This document shows positions 17,358-25,483 of a DNA stretch of 32,000 nt, one piece after another. Positions within the stretch are counted from its first letter, which is position 1. Each line of letters opens with the position of its first letter. Origin of the DNA: an uncultured Ruminococcus sp. (GTDB taxonomy: Bacteria; Bacillota; Clostridia; Oscillospirales; Ruminococcaceae); contig CAKSMF010000001.1 of the NCBI GenBank assembly GCA_934474025.1, positions 196,744 through 228,743 on the forward strand. The letters are read 5' to 3'. The position numbers and the translations under genes were made by a program. The notes beneath the pieces were generated by a model. The model was not told where the DNA came from. It did not search any database and was given only the letters and a program-made list of their open reading frames with translations.

Positions 17358-19361
17358 TTAATTTTCTTTGTTTTCAAACTGGCTTTCATGACGTGTAAAG
17401 AAATCTGTGCGAGGTGGCAGGAATTTAAGCTTGTGGTTTTCGCCTGTGAAATAGGTGAGTGGTTCAAGAATAGTATTCCATGACCATATACGTTCATCAA
17501 CGTCAAGATATTCACGGAGTTTTTCTGTGCCGAAAGGTGCTAACGGGTGCAATAATACGCCTGCTATTCTAATCATATAGAAAAGATTTGCAAGAGCCTG
17601 TGAAAGTTTTTCCTTGTCATCGGAATCCACTATAATATTTTTGGACATATATTTACTGCCGTTTCTTATATAACTATCAAGGACATATGTACACTGGTGG
17701 AATGCAAATTTTGACATATGGCGTTCAAATTCAAGTACAGCTTTTTCAGCTTCCTGTACGAATTTTTCTTCCGGTGCAACGGACGGCATTATTCCGTCCA
17801 ATTCCTTTTGAGTTGTATAGAATGCAGTACGTATCATTCTGTTAAATACATTTGAAAGCAACAGACCGTCTTTTACAACTGGGTCACTGTCTTCGGGTTT
17901 TGCAAGTGGATTGTATGGCTTTGGCATGAAACTTACTGAACGTTGTCCAAGTCCGAGACCGAGCCAGTGCATACGAAGCTGTTCTGGAGTGTAATAGTTT
18001 AATAAATCATCTGCCATAGGTGGCTTTACGTCACCAGAACTGGAAGCTTTCTTATCAAGGAAAAGTATATGATGATTTGCAACAATAACAGGCATTTGAA
18101 GTTCGCCGTCTGCTGGATTGGAAGTTTTTTCAGAATTTTCTTGTTGTGCAATCCACATAGCAGGTTCAGCAATTCCATAGAAATAAATGTTGTCCTGTCC
18201 GATAAACTGATATACTTTAGAATCTTTACTGCACCAGTATTTTTTCCAGTCTTCACGAGGTTTACCGATTTTTTCAAGATAAGTCTGTGTGAATGATATA
18301 GGAGCCCAAAGAGATTCAGGCCATACCCAGACAGTTAAACCTTTTTCACCGTCCATTACGGGAGCAGGAACGCCCCATTCAATATTGCCTGTCAGTCTGA
18401 ATGGTACGAGAGTTTTTCCGGTACGATAACGTATGCCGTTTTCTGTAAGAATTTTACAAGCTTTATCGCAATCTGACAACTTTTTAAATTCTATTGTAAA
18501 TGATGGCTTTTTCTTTTCCTCAATGTAAGTATGTTCAGGCATACTATCCTTGAGCTGATTGTATTTTTCTTCAAATTCACGCTTCACATAAATTACAGGC
18601 GGTTTAAGAAATTCAGAAATAGTTTTCCAGACAACAGGGCGGATTGATTTATCTTTTTTCATATCCTCAACCCATTCCTGTAAAAGCTTTTCATAATCTC
18701 TTAACTTGAAATACCAGTTTGTAACAGGTTTCATAGTAGGTTTTTCACCGGTAAGAGTGCTTATAGGATTTATAAGGTTTTCGGGCATATACTGATGACC
18801 TAAGTCGCATTCGTCTGCATATCCTTTTTCAGAAGTACAGCCTTCAACCGGACATTTTCCTATAACCTGTCTGCCATTGAGGAACATTCCTGCTTTTTCG
18901 TCAAAAAACTGCATTGTAGTTATTTTGTCAAGCTGACCTTTTTTATACAATGAACTTATAAACCAGTCTGTAACTTCTGCGTGTATTTCCTTAGAACGAC
19001 CCAGTCCGGAAGCTCCGAATAAATTTGGTGATATCCCGTAAGCATCAAGGGTTTCCTGCTGTTTATCGTGATTGCGTTGTACAAAGTCTTCAAGACTGCC
19101 GTTAAATTCGCCTTTATTGACTTTAACTCTCCAGCCCTCTGCAATAGGAGAACCATAGCAATCTGTACCGCCTACAAAAATAACGTTTTCTTTTCCTATA
19201 CGGTCACGAAGAAATCTTGCATAAGCATCAGCAAAAACAAACATTCCGCCGACATGACCAAAATGAAGTTCTTTGTTTCCATAAGGCATACCGCCGGTAA
19301 CGATTGCACGTTTTGGAAATTCCGGTCTTGGTATTACAAAATCCTTTTTCTTTTCTGACAT
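17358..19361 (-). CDS. metG: methionine--tRNA ligase-like class I aminoacyl-tRNA synthetase (atypical KMSKS region)
   Basis: 667 aa. HIGH motif as LHFGHVGG. MetRS-like blocks are present: GGTDCYGSPI, a zinc-knuckle region CPVEGC...ECDLGH, and YQFIGQDNIYFYGIAEPAMW. The KMSKS position reads KASSS (18036-18050). There is no C-terminal Trbp111-like domain. Confidence 0.7.
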   Translation of the reverse strand: MSEKKKDFVIPRPEFPKRAIVTGGMPYGNKELHFGHVGGMFVFADAYARFLRDRIGKENVIFVGGTDCYGSPIAEGWRVKVNKGEFNGSLEDFVQRNHDKQQETLDAYGISPNLFGASGLGRSKEIHAEVTDWFISSLYKKGQLDKITTMQFFDEKAGMFLNGRQVIGKCPVEGCTSEKGYADECDLGHQYMPENLINPISTLTGEKPTMKPVTNWYFKLRDYEKLLQEWVEDMKKDKSIRPVVWKTISEFLKPPVIYVKREFEEKYNQLKDSMPEHTYIEEKKKPSFTIEFKKLSDCDKACKILTENGIRYRTGKTLVPFRLTGNIEWGVPAPVMDGEKGLTVWVWPESLWAPISFTQTYLEKIGKPREDWKKYWCSKDSKVYQFIGQDNIYFYGIAEPAMWIAQQENSEKTSNPADGELQMPVIVANHHILFLDKKASSSGDVKPPMADDLLNYYTPEQLRMHWLGLGLGQRSVSFMPKPYNPLAKPEDSDPVVKDGLLLSNVFNRMIRTAFYTTQKELDGIMPSVAPEEKFVQEAEKAVLEFERHMSKFAFHQCTYVLDSYIRNGSKYMSKNIIVDSDDKEKLSQALANLFYMIRIAGVLLHPLAPFGTEKLREYLDVDERIWSWNTILEPLTYFTGENHKLKFLPPRTDFFTRHESQFENKEN

Positions 19362-19376
19362 AAATAAATTACCTCT

Positions 19377-21014
19377 TTATATCCATTTTTCGAGTCTTTT
19401 TCTAACTATTTCCTCGCCGAGAACATGAGATACTTCCCATATATCCGGAGCGTTAGCACGTCCTGTGAGAGCTATTCTCAACATATTTGTAATGTTTATA
19501 ATGCTTCCTTTGTACTGGTCGGGATTTTTCTTGAAATCCTTTGGTTTTACTGCAAATCCGAGTTCCTGAGTAATTTCCTTTACCTTTGTAAACCATTCAG
19601 AAGATTCATCAGCGTGGTTATAAGTTTCGAGATAACGGGCAAAGAAAGTTTTTCTTGTATCGTCATCATATTCAACTGACATTTCGTCTTCAAACTTGAA
19701 AGTTTCGTCATACCAGAAACTCATGAAATCACAAGCTTGTTTCCATGTTTCAAGGTCTTTACGGGGCTTGTTTCCGCCTTTTCCTACGTTGAGGGCTGAA
19801 AGAGTTCTTTCAGGATATTTTTTAATGAGTTCTGCAAATTCCTGATTATATTTTTCACACCATTCAAGCCACTTACTATAAACCTGTTCAGCAGTCATAT
19901 GACATATAACATTCTTAGAAATGTCACGAAGTTTATCGAGGTCAACCAATGCACCTGATATTGACATTTTTTCGAGAGTATACGGAAATTCCTTATAATC
20001 TGTATCAGGATTAGCAAGTCTCCATTCCTCAAAGTTGGAGTTGAGAAGAGTAAGCAGAAATTCCCATACAGCATCCTGAGATATTCCCTCTTGCTGATAG
20101 TATGATAAAGCAAGTTCAGGGTCTTTTCTCTTGGAAAGTTTACGTTTGCTTTCTCCGTCCATCTTCATGAGTGTTGCAGTATGGCAGTAAATAGGCTGTT
20201 TCCAACCGAGAGTATTAAACAATTCCACGTGCATTGGAAGTGATGATAACCATTCTTCGCCTCTGATAACGTGAGTTGAATGCATAAAATGGTCATCTAT
20301 AACGTGTGCAAAGTGATAAGTAGGTATTCCGTCACTCTTTAAAAGAACGAAATCCATATTATTTCTTGGCATTTCAAGCTTACCTCTTACAGCATCTTCA
20401 ACAGTTATATATTCGTCTGTCTGAACTCCCTTATAACGAAGTACCCATGATTTATTTTGTGAGATATTTTCCTTAATCTGTTCTATTGTAAGATTTCTGC
20501 TCTTTTCGGCATATTTTCCGTAAATTCCAGGGTTTTCCTTGTTGCTTGTCTGCTGTTCACGAATAGCATTGAGTTCATTTTCTGTAAGGAAACATGGATA
20601 AGCTTTACCTTGTTTAACAAGCTCTTTTGCAAATACCTGATAAATATTTTTTCTTTGTCTCTGGCGGTAAGGTGCATAATTTCCGTTGTCACCGTCGGCA
20701 GTTGCACCTTCATCAAAGTTAACTCCAAAATAAGCCATTGCATTTATGAGAGTTTCAACAGCTCCTTCGACTTCACGTTTCTGGTCAGTATCTTCGATAC
20801 GCAGATAAAAAACGCCTTGTGACTGGTGAGCAAGTCTTTCAGCGATAATAGCATTGTAAAGATTTCCGAGGTGAACAAAACCTGTCGGACTTGGTCCTAT
20901 ACGTGTAACACAAGCACCGTCAGGTAAATTTCTTTCTGGGAAACGCTTTATAATATCTTCCGGAGTATCTTTTATATCCGGAAAGAGAAACTCTGCAAGC
21001 TGGTTATAATCCAT
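19377..21014 (-). CDS. gltX: glutamate--tRNA ligase
   Basis: 545 aa. Motifs RIGPSPTGFVHLGN (HIGH), YLRIEDTDQKR and KLSKRK (KMSKS). It lies 15 nt upstream of the MetRS-like gene on the same strand. Confidence 0.9.
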   Translation of the reverse strand: MDYNQLAEFLFPDIKDTPEDIIKRFPERNLPDGACVTRIGPSPTGFVHLGNLYNAIIAERLAHQSQGVFYLRIEDTDQKREVEGAVETLINAMAYFGVNFDEGATADGDNGNYAPYRQRQRKNIYQVFAKELVKQGKAYPCFLTENELNAIREQQTSNKENPGIYGKYAEKSRNLTIEQIKENISQNKSWVLRYKGVQTDEYITVEDAVRGKLEMPRNNMDFVLLKSDGIPTYHFAHVIDDHFMHSTHVIRGEEWLSSLPMHVELFNTLGWKQPIYCHTATLMKMDGESKRKLSKRKDPELALSYYQQEGISQDAVWEFLLTLLNSNFEEWRLANPDTDYKEFPYTLEKMSISGALVDLDKLRDISKNVICHMTAEQVYSKWLEWCEKYNQEFAELIKKYPERTLSALNVGKGGNKPRKDLETWKQACDFMSFWYDETFKFEDEMSVEYDDDTRKTFFARYLETYNHADESSEWFTKVKEITQELGFAVKPKDFKKNPDQYKGSIINITNMLRIALTGRANAPDIWEVSHVLGEEIVRKRLEKWI

Positions 21015-21095
21015 TCAAAATCAATCCTTTTTAAAAATTTTGTATTTGCTTCAATCCACATATAGAGGTGGGAGAATTTTTTTGATACTTATTAA

Positions 21096-21124
21096 AGTAT
21101 AGCACATAAAAAAATATTTGTCAA
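21096..21124 (-). promoter_or_regulatory. SigA-type promoter for gltX-metG
   Basis: The minus strand reads TTGACA, a 17-nt spacer, then TATACT. This leaves a leader of about 75 nt before the gltX ATG. Confidence 0.55.
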
Positions 21125-21147
21125 TAACTGCATTTCTTTAAAAAAAG

Positions 21148-21176
21148 TGGACAAAAATATAATTCCATGATATAAT
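21148..21176 (+). promoter_or_regulatory. SigA-type promoter for the M42 peptidase operon
   Basis: TGGACA (21148-21153), a 17-nt spacer, then TGaTATAAT (extended -10, TATAAT at 21171-21176). It is divergent from the gltX promoter. Confidence 0.55.
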
Positions 21177-21222
21177 AAAAGTATGTGACAAAAATTCATA
21201 ACAATGAAAGGAATTTGTTTGT

Positions 21223-22233
21223 ATGGATATTAAAGAAACTCTTTTTAAGCTGTCAGAAACTTCAGGAGCTTCCGGAAGTGAAAGTCCGGTTTCTGAAATA
21301 GCTTTGAATATGCTTAGAAAATATTGTCCCGATGCTGAGATTGTGAATGGTAATGTTATAGGACATTTCGGCAAGTTTTGTGAAAATCTTCCGTCATTGG
21401 TTCTTGATGCTCATATTGACCAGATAGGAATGATTGTTACTTACATAACAGATGACGGATTTATTAAAGTCGGAAATCTTGGTGGTATTGACCGTAGATT
21501 GTTACCAGCTCAACCCGTTGTGATTCACGGAAACAGGGATTTAAAAGGTGTAATATGTTCAGTACCTCCGCACCTTTCAGACGGTTCAAATGGCGTACCT
21601 AAATTTGATGATATAGCAATAGATACAGGATTTTCAAAAGATGAACTTGAAAGCATAGTTTCGCTTGGCGATACAGTGACTTTTGATGTAAAGTGCAAAG
21701 AATTACTTAATAACTGTGTTACCGGAGGTGCGTTGGACGACAGAAGCGGAATAACTTCAATTCTTTATGCTCTTGAACTGCTTAAAGAACAAAAAACAGC
21801 ATATAATGTAACTGTTATCTTTTCAACTCAGGAGGAACTCGGTGAACGTGGTGCAAAAATAGGAGCGTTTGAAATAAATCCTGATATAGCTTTGGCAGTA
21901 GATGTAAGTTTTGCATATATGCACGGTGAAAATGAAATGAAATGCGGTAAACTCGGAAAGGGTGCAATGATTGGTATATCTCCGTCATTGTCAAGAGAAA
22001 TTTCCGATGGTCTTATAAATACTGCAAAAAATGCAAATATTCCATATCAGATTGAAGTAATGAACGGTCTTACTTCTACAAATGCTGACCAGTATTCAGT
22101 AAGCCGTGACGGTGCAAAAGCTTGTACAGTATCCATTCCGCTTAGAAATATGCATACTCCGGTTGAAGTCATTTCACTTGATGATGTGAAATTTACAAGC
22201 GAACTTCTTGCGGAATTTATAAAGGAGGCATAA
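21223..22233 (+). CDS. M42 family metallo-aminopeptidase (FrvX/CelM/TET-like), paralog 1
   Basis: 336 aa. Metal-ligand blocks LDAHIDQIG, GALDDRSG, TQEELGERGA and NMHTPVE. Confidence 0.88.
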   Translation: MDIKETLFKLSETSGASGSESPVSEIALNMLRKYCPDAEIVNGNVIGHFGKFCENLPSLVLDAHIDQIGMIVTYITDDGFIKVGNLGGIDRRLLPAQPVVIHGNRDLKGVICSVPPHLSDGSNGVPKFDDIAIDTGFSKDELESIVSLGDTVTFDVKCKELLNNCVTGGALDDRSGITSILYALELLKEQKTAYNVTVIFSTQEELGERGAKIGAFEINPDIALAVDVSFAYMHGENEMKCGKLGKGAMIGISPSLSREISDGLINTAKNANIPYQIEVMNGLTSTNADQYSVSRDGAKACTVSIPLRNMHTPVEVISLDDVKFTSELLAEFIKEA

Positions 22234-22235
22234 TT

Positions 22236-23252
22236 ATGAAGGATTTATTAAAAGAACTTTGTCTTGCAGACAGTGTTTCCGGTGATGAATCGGCAATCCG
22301 TGAAATTATAATTGAAAAAATAAAAAATTTGTGTGAATATAGAATTGACCCGCTTGGAAATCTTATTTGTTTCCGTAAGGGTAAGAAAACTTCTGATAAA
22401 AAAGTTATGATTTGTGCTCATATGGACGAAGTGGGATTCATAGTTACCGGAATATTTCCGGACGGCACACTTGCATTTGATATGGTGGGAGGAGTTGATG
22501 CTTCCGTAACTATTGGCAGACAAGTGAAAGTCGGAAAAAATCATCTGCATGGTGTAGTAGGTTCAACGGCTGTGCATAATCTTTCAAAAGAACAGCGTGA
22601 AAAAGCTCCTCAAATGAAGAATTTATGCATTGATATAGGAGCAAATGACAAAGAAGACGCTGAAAAATATGTATCACTTGGAGATTGTGTATATTTTGAT
22701 TCAGAATTTACAGAATCCGGAAATCATATAAAATCAAAGGCAATTGATGACAGAGCAGGTTGTGCTATGATGATACGTCTTATTGAGGAACAACCTGAAT
22801 ATGATACATATTTTGTATTTAACGTTCAGGAAGAAATAGGTCTGAGAGGTTCAAGAGTATCTGCATTTTCTGTACAACCGGATTTTGCAATAGTTCTTGA
22901 ATCCACAACTGCATCTGATATTGACGGAGTGAACGGAAATAAAAAAGTTTGTTCGCTTGGAAAGGGTGCTGTTGTGTCATTCATGGACAGAAGCACTGTT
23001 TATGATAAGGAATTATATAAATTGGCTTTTGAGGTCGCTCGTGAAAATGCTCTTCCATGTCAGACTAAAACCATGATTGCAGGCGGAAACGATGCCGGAG
23101 TAATTCACCTTACCGGAAAAGGTATCCGTACTATTGCTGTTTCAGTGCCGTGTAGATATCTTCATTCTGCATCATGCATAATAAATGGGGAAGACTTTGA
23201 AAATTCCTATATCCTTGTCAAAAAGCTTGCTGAAAGGATTCATACATTATGA
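22236..23252 (+). CDS. M42 family metallo-aminopeptidase, paralog 2
   Basis: 338 aa. Blocks ICAHMDEVGF, KAIDDRAGC, VQEEIGLRGS and RYLHSASC. It starts 2 nt after the stop of paralog 1. Confidence 0.88.
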   Translation: MKDLLKELCLADSVSGDESAIREIIIEKIKNLCEYRIDPLGNLICFRKGKKTSDKKVMICAHMDEVGFIVTGIFPDGTLAFDMVGGVDASVTIGRQVKVGKNHLHGVVGSTAVHNLSKEQREKAPQMKNLCIDIGANDKEDAEKYVSLGDCVYFDSEFTESGNHIKSKAIDDRAGCAMMIRLIEEQPEYDTYFVFNVQEEIGLRGSRVSAFSVQPDFAIVLESTTASDIDGVNGNKKVCSLGKGAVVSFMDRSTVYDKELYKLAFEVARENALPCQTKTMIAGGNDAGVIHLTGKGIRTIAVSVPCRYLHSASCIINGEDFENSYILVKKLAERIHTL

Positions 23253-24049
23253 TAAAGCTTATTGAACAGGAAAGCGAATTTGACCGTAATTTACTTTTGA
23301 AAACGCTATCCGGTCGTAAAATGCTTGCATATCTCAAAGCTTACGGAACAGGTTATGATTTTTGCCGGTTTTATAAAATTTCTGATACAAACGGCATAGG
23401 TTTTATGTTTATGATAAATTCAACCCTTATTATTTGTGCTGATGACAATTTACAGGCTACCGATGAAATAAATCTTTTTGTAAGCATGAATCTGCCATTC
23501 AGAATAGAAGGTTGTCAGCATATTCTCAGAAATATAAAAATTCCACAGCACTATCAGCAACTTAATCGTACTATATTTGAACTTATTCCGGACGGTAAAC
23601 CACTTGAATCTATTGAAGAATTCGTTGAATTTAATCCGAATTTGCCTGATGTTTATAAAATTTTAAGTGAAGGTTTTCCGAATATTGCGGATTTCTCATT
23701 GTGGTATACAGATACTTCACACAGATGCCGTCATGGTATCAGCCGTACTTTTACTTATAAGCATTCTACAACCGCATCGGCGATATTCGATATTGAAAAT
23801 GTTGTTTTAATAGGACAGGTCGCTACTACTGAATCAGCAAGGGGCAGGGGATATGCAAGAGAATTTCTCAAGTGGCTTGCAGGATTTTTTAATGGTTTAG
23901 GAAAAAAAGCTTACCTTATGGCTCTTGATATAAGAGTAAGTTTCTATCGTGAAATAGGATTCCGTGAAGTAGAACACGAAATAGTTCTCGAAAGAATAGA
24001 CATTGAAAAAGAAAGTTTAATGAAAGGAAAACTTACAAATGAACAATAA
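23249..24049 (+). CDS. hypothetical protein with C-terminal GNAT-like acetyltransferase fold
   Basis: 266 aa. The C-terminal segment IGQVATTESARGRGYAREFLKWL ... FYREIGFRE resembles GNAT motif A/B. ATGA overlaps the upstream gene, and there is an 11-nt overlap with the downstream gene. Confidence 0.6.
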   Translation: MIKLIEQESEFDRNLLLKTLSGRKMLAYLKAYGTGYDFCRFYKISDTNGIGFMFMINSTLIICADDNLQATDEINLFVSMNLPFRIEGCQHILRNIKIPQHYQQLNRTIFELIPDGKPLESIEEFVEFNPNLPDVYKILSEGFPNIADFSLWYTDTSHRCRHGISRTFTYKHSTTASAIFDIENVVLIGQVATTESARGRGYAREFLKWLAGFFNGLGKKAYLMALDIRVSFYREIGFREVEHEIVLERIDIEKESLMKGKLTNEQ

Positions 24050-25319
24050 ATTAAATGAAATTTATAATTTTGACAGTAAATTGCTTTCCCTTGCGGAACA
24101 GGCAGAAAAAAATTGTACAGAATCATTTCGCAGAATAAATGAAATTGCTGAATACAACAATGCCAAAGTTCTGAAAGCTTTTTCTGATAACCGTGTGAGT
24201 GAACCATGTTTTTATGGTTCAACAGGATACGGTTACGGAGATATCGGACGTGATGTTATTGACAAAGTTTTTGCACAGGCTCTTGGTGCAGAAGATGCTT
24301 TAGTAAGATTTAATTTTGTTTCCGGAACTCATGCTCTTTCAACTGCTCTTTTCGGTGTTTTAAGAACAGGTGACAAAATAGTTTCCATTACCGGAAAACC
24401 TTATGACACTCTTGAGGAAGTTATCGGAATTTCAGGAACAAAGGGCAATGGTTCGCTTATGGATTATGGCGTTGAATATGGTCAGGTAGATTTATTGCCA
24501 GATGGAACACCAAATTATTCCGAAATAGAAAAATCAGTAAAGGGTGCAAAAGTTGCATACATACAAAGGTCAAGAGGATATTCTCTCAGACCTGCATTTA
24601 CAGTTGATGATATTGAAAAAATGATTATTTCTGCTAAAAAATGTAATCCAGATGTTATAGTAATGGTTGATAACTGTTATGGTGAGTTTGTTGAGGAAAG
24701 AGAACCTTTACAGGTAGGAGCAGATGTAATTATAGGTTCTCTTATCAAAAACGCTGGTGGCGGAATTGCTCGCACAGGCGGATATATTGCCGGAAGTACA
24801 GACCTTATTGAACAGTGTTCATATCGTCTGACCTGTGTCGGAATGGGTAAGGAAGTAGGCTGTACTCTTGGAATGAATCGTGAAATATTATTAGGATTTT
24901 TCTTTGCTCCGGACGTCGTTTCAAATGCAATTAAAACTTCTGCTTTTGCAAGTGAACTTTTTACTATGCTTGGTTTTGAATGTTCTCCGCATAAGGACGA
25001 TAAAAGAGGTGATATTATTACAGCTGTAAAGCTTGGCAATGAAAAACTTCTTACAGCGTTCTGTTGCGGTATTCAAAAAGGTGCTCCTGTTGATTCTTTC
25101 GTTACTCCGGAAGCATGGGATATGCCTGGATATTCCGACAAAGTAATAATGGCAGCAGGTGCTTTCACTAATGGTGCATCTATTGAACTTTCTGCTGACG
25201 CTCCTATTCGTGAACCTTTCGCCGTATGGATGCAAGGTGGAATTACTTATACAAGCGGTAAACTCGGCGTTATGCTTGCTGTTCAGGAAATGCTTGACAA
25301 TGGTCTTATTTCATTGTAA
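24039..25319 (+). CDS. YnbB-type PLP-dependent enzyme ('aluminium resistance protein' / methionine gamma-lyase family)
   Basis: 426 aa. The family signature GSLIKNAGGGIARTGGYIAG includes the PLP lysine, and the N-terminus is typical for this family (FDSKLLSLAEQAEK...). Confidence 0.82.
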   Translation: MNNKLNEIYNFDSKLLSLAEQAEKNCTESFRRINEIAEYNNAKVLKAFSDNRVSEPCFYGSTGYGYGDIGRDVIDKVFAQALGAEDALVRFNFVSGTHALSTALFGVLRTGDKIVSITGKPYDTLEEVIGISGTKGNGSLMDYGVEYGQVDLLPDGTPNYSEIEKSVKGAKVAYIQRSRGYSLRPAFTVDDIEKMIISAKKCNPDVIVMVDNCYGEFVEEREPLQVGADVIIGSLIKNAGGGIARTGGYIAGSTDLIEQCSYRLTCVGMGKEVGCTLGMNREILLGFFFAPDVVSNAIKTSAFASELFTMLGFECSPHKDDKRGDIITAVKLGNEKLLTAFCCGIQKGAPVDSFVTPEAWDMPGYSDKVIMAAGAFTNGASIELSADAPIREPFAVWMQGGITYTSGKLGVMLAVQEMLDNGLISL

Positions 25320-25410
25320 TAATATTTTCTTATTTACTACAAACAGGTAATAATTTGATTACAATTCAAATACAATTTCCGAAAATTCAGCAATATTAGT
25401 TTTTCAGCGG

Positions 25411-25439
25411 TTGACATTTGCCTGAAATGCTGTTAAAAT
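25411..25439 (+). promoter_or_regulatory. SigA-type promoter for the kinase-like gene
   Basis: TTGACA (25411-25416), a 17-nt spacer, then TGtTAAAAT (TAAAAT at 25434-25439). The implied transcription start is at or after the ATG at 25442, which argues for the TTG start at 25484. Confidence 0.55.
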
Positions 25440-25483
25440 AAATGTTGAAACAATATTATCTTATTATAAAAGGAGGAGCAACT

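Noticed and set aside
17357-17440. Candidate thi operon promoter inside the 3' end of the MetRS-like gene (TTTACA-17-TGAAAA).
   Set aside because: The -10 match is poor, and alternatives have wrong spacing (TTGAAA-11-TAAATT). It is mentioned in a finding but not annotated as a feature.
21015-21095. Possible T-box leader upstream of the gltX-metG synthetase operon.
   Set aside because: The predicted leader is only about 75 nt. It lacks the T-box consensus and a specifier or terminator-antiterminator architecture. Only a 4-bp hairpin (CCAC...GTGG) is visible.
25353-25371. Small inverted repeat ATTTGA-N7-TCAAAT between the PLP-enzyme gene and the kinase-like gene promoter.
   Set aside because: It is only 6 bp, AT-only, with no T-run, so it is not a credible terminator. 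It matches no operator consensus I know and could easily arise by chance in AT-rich DNA.
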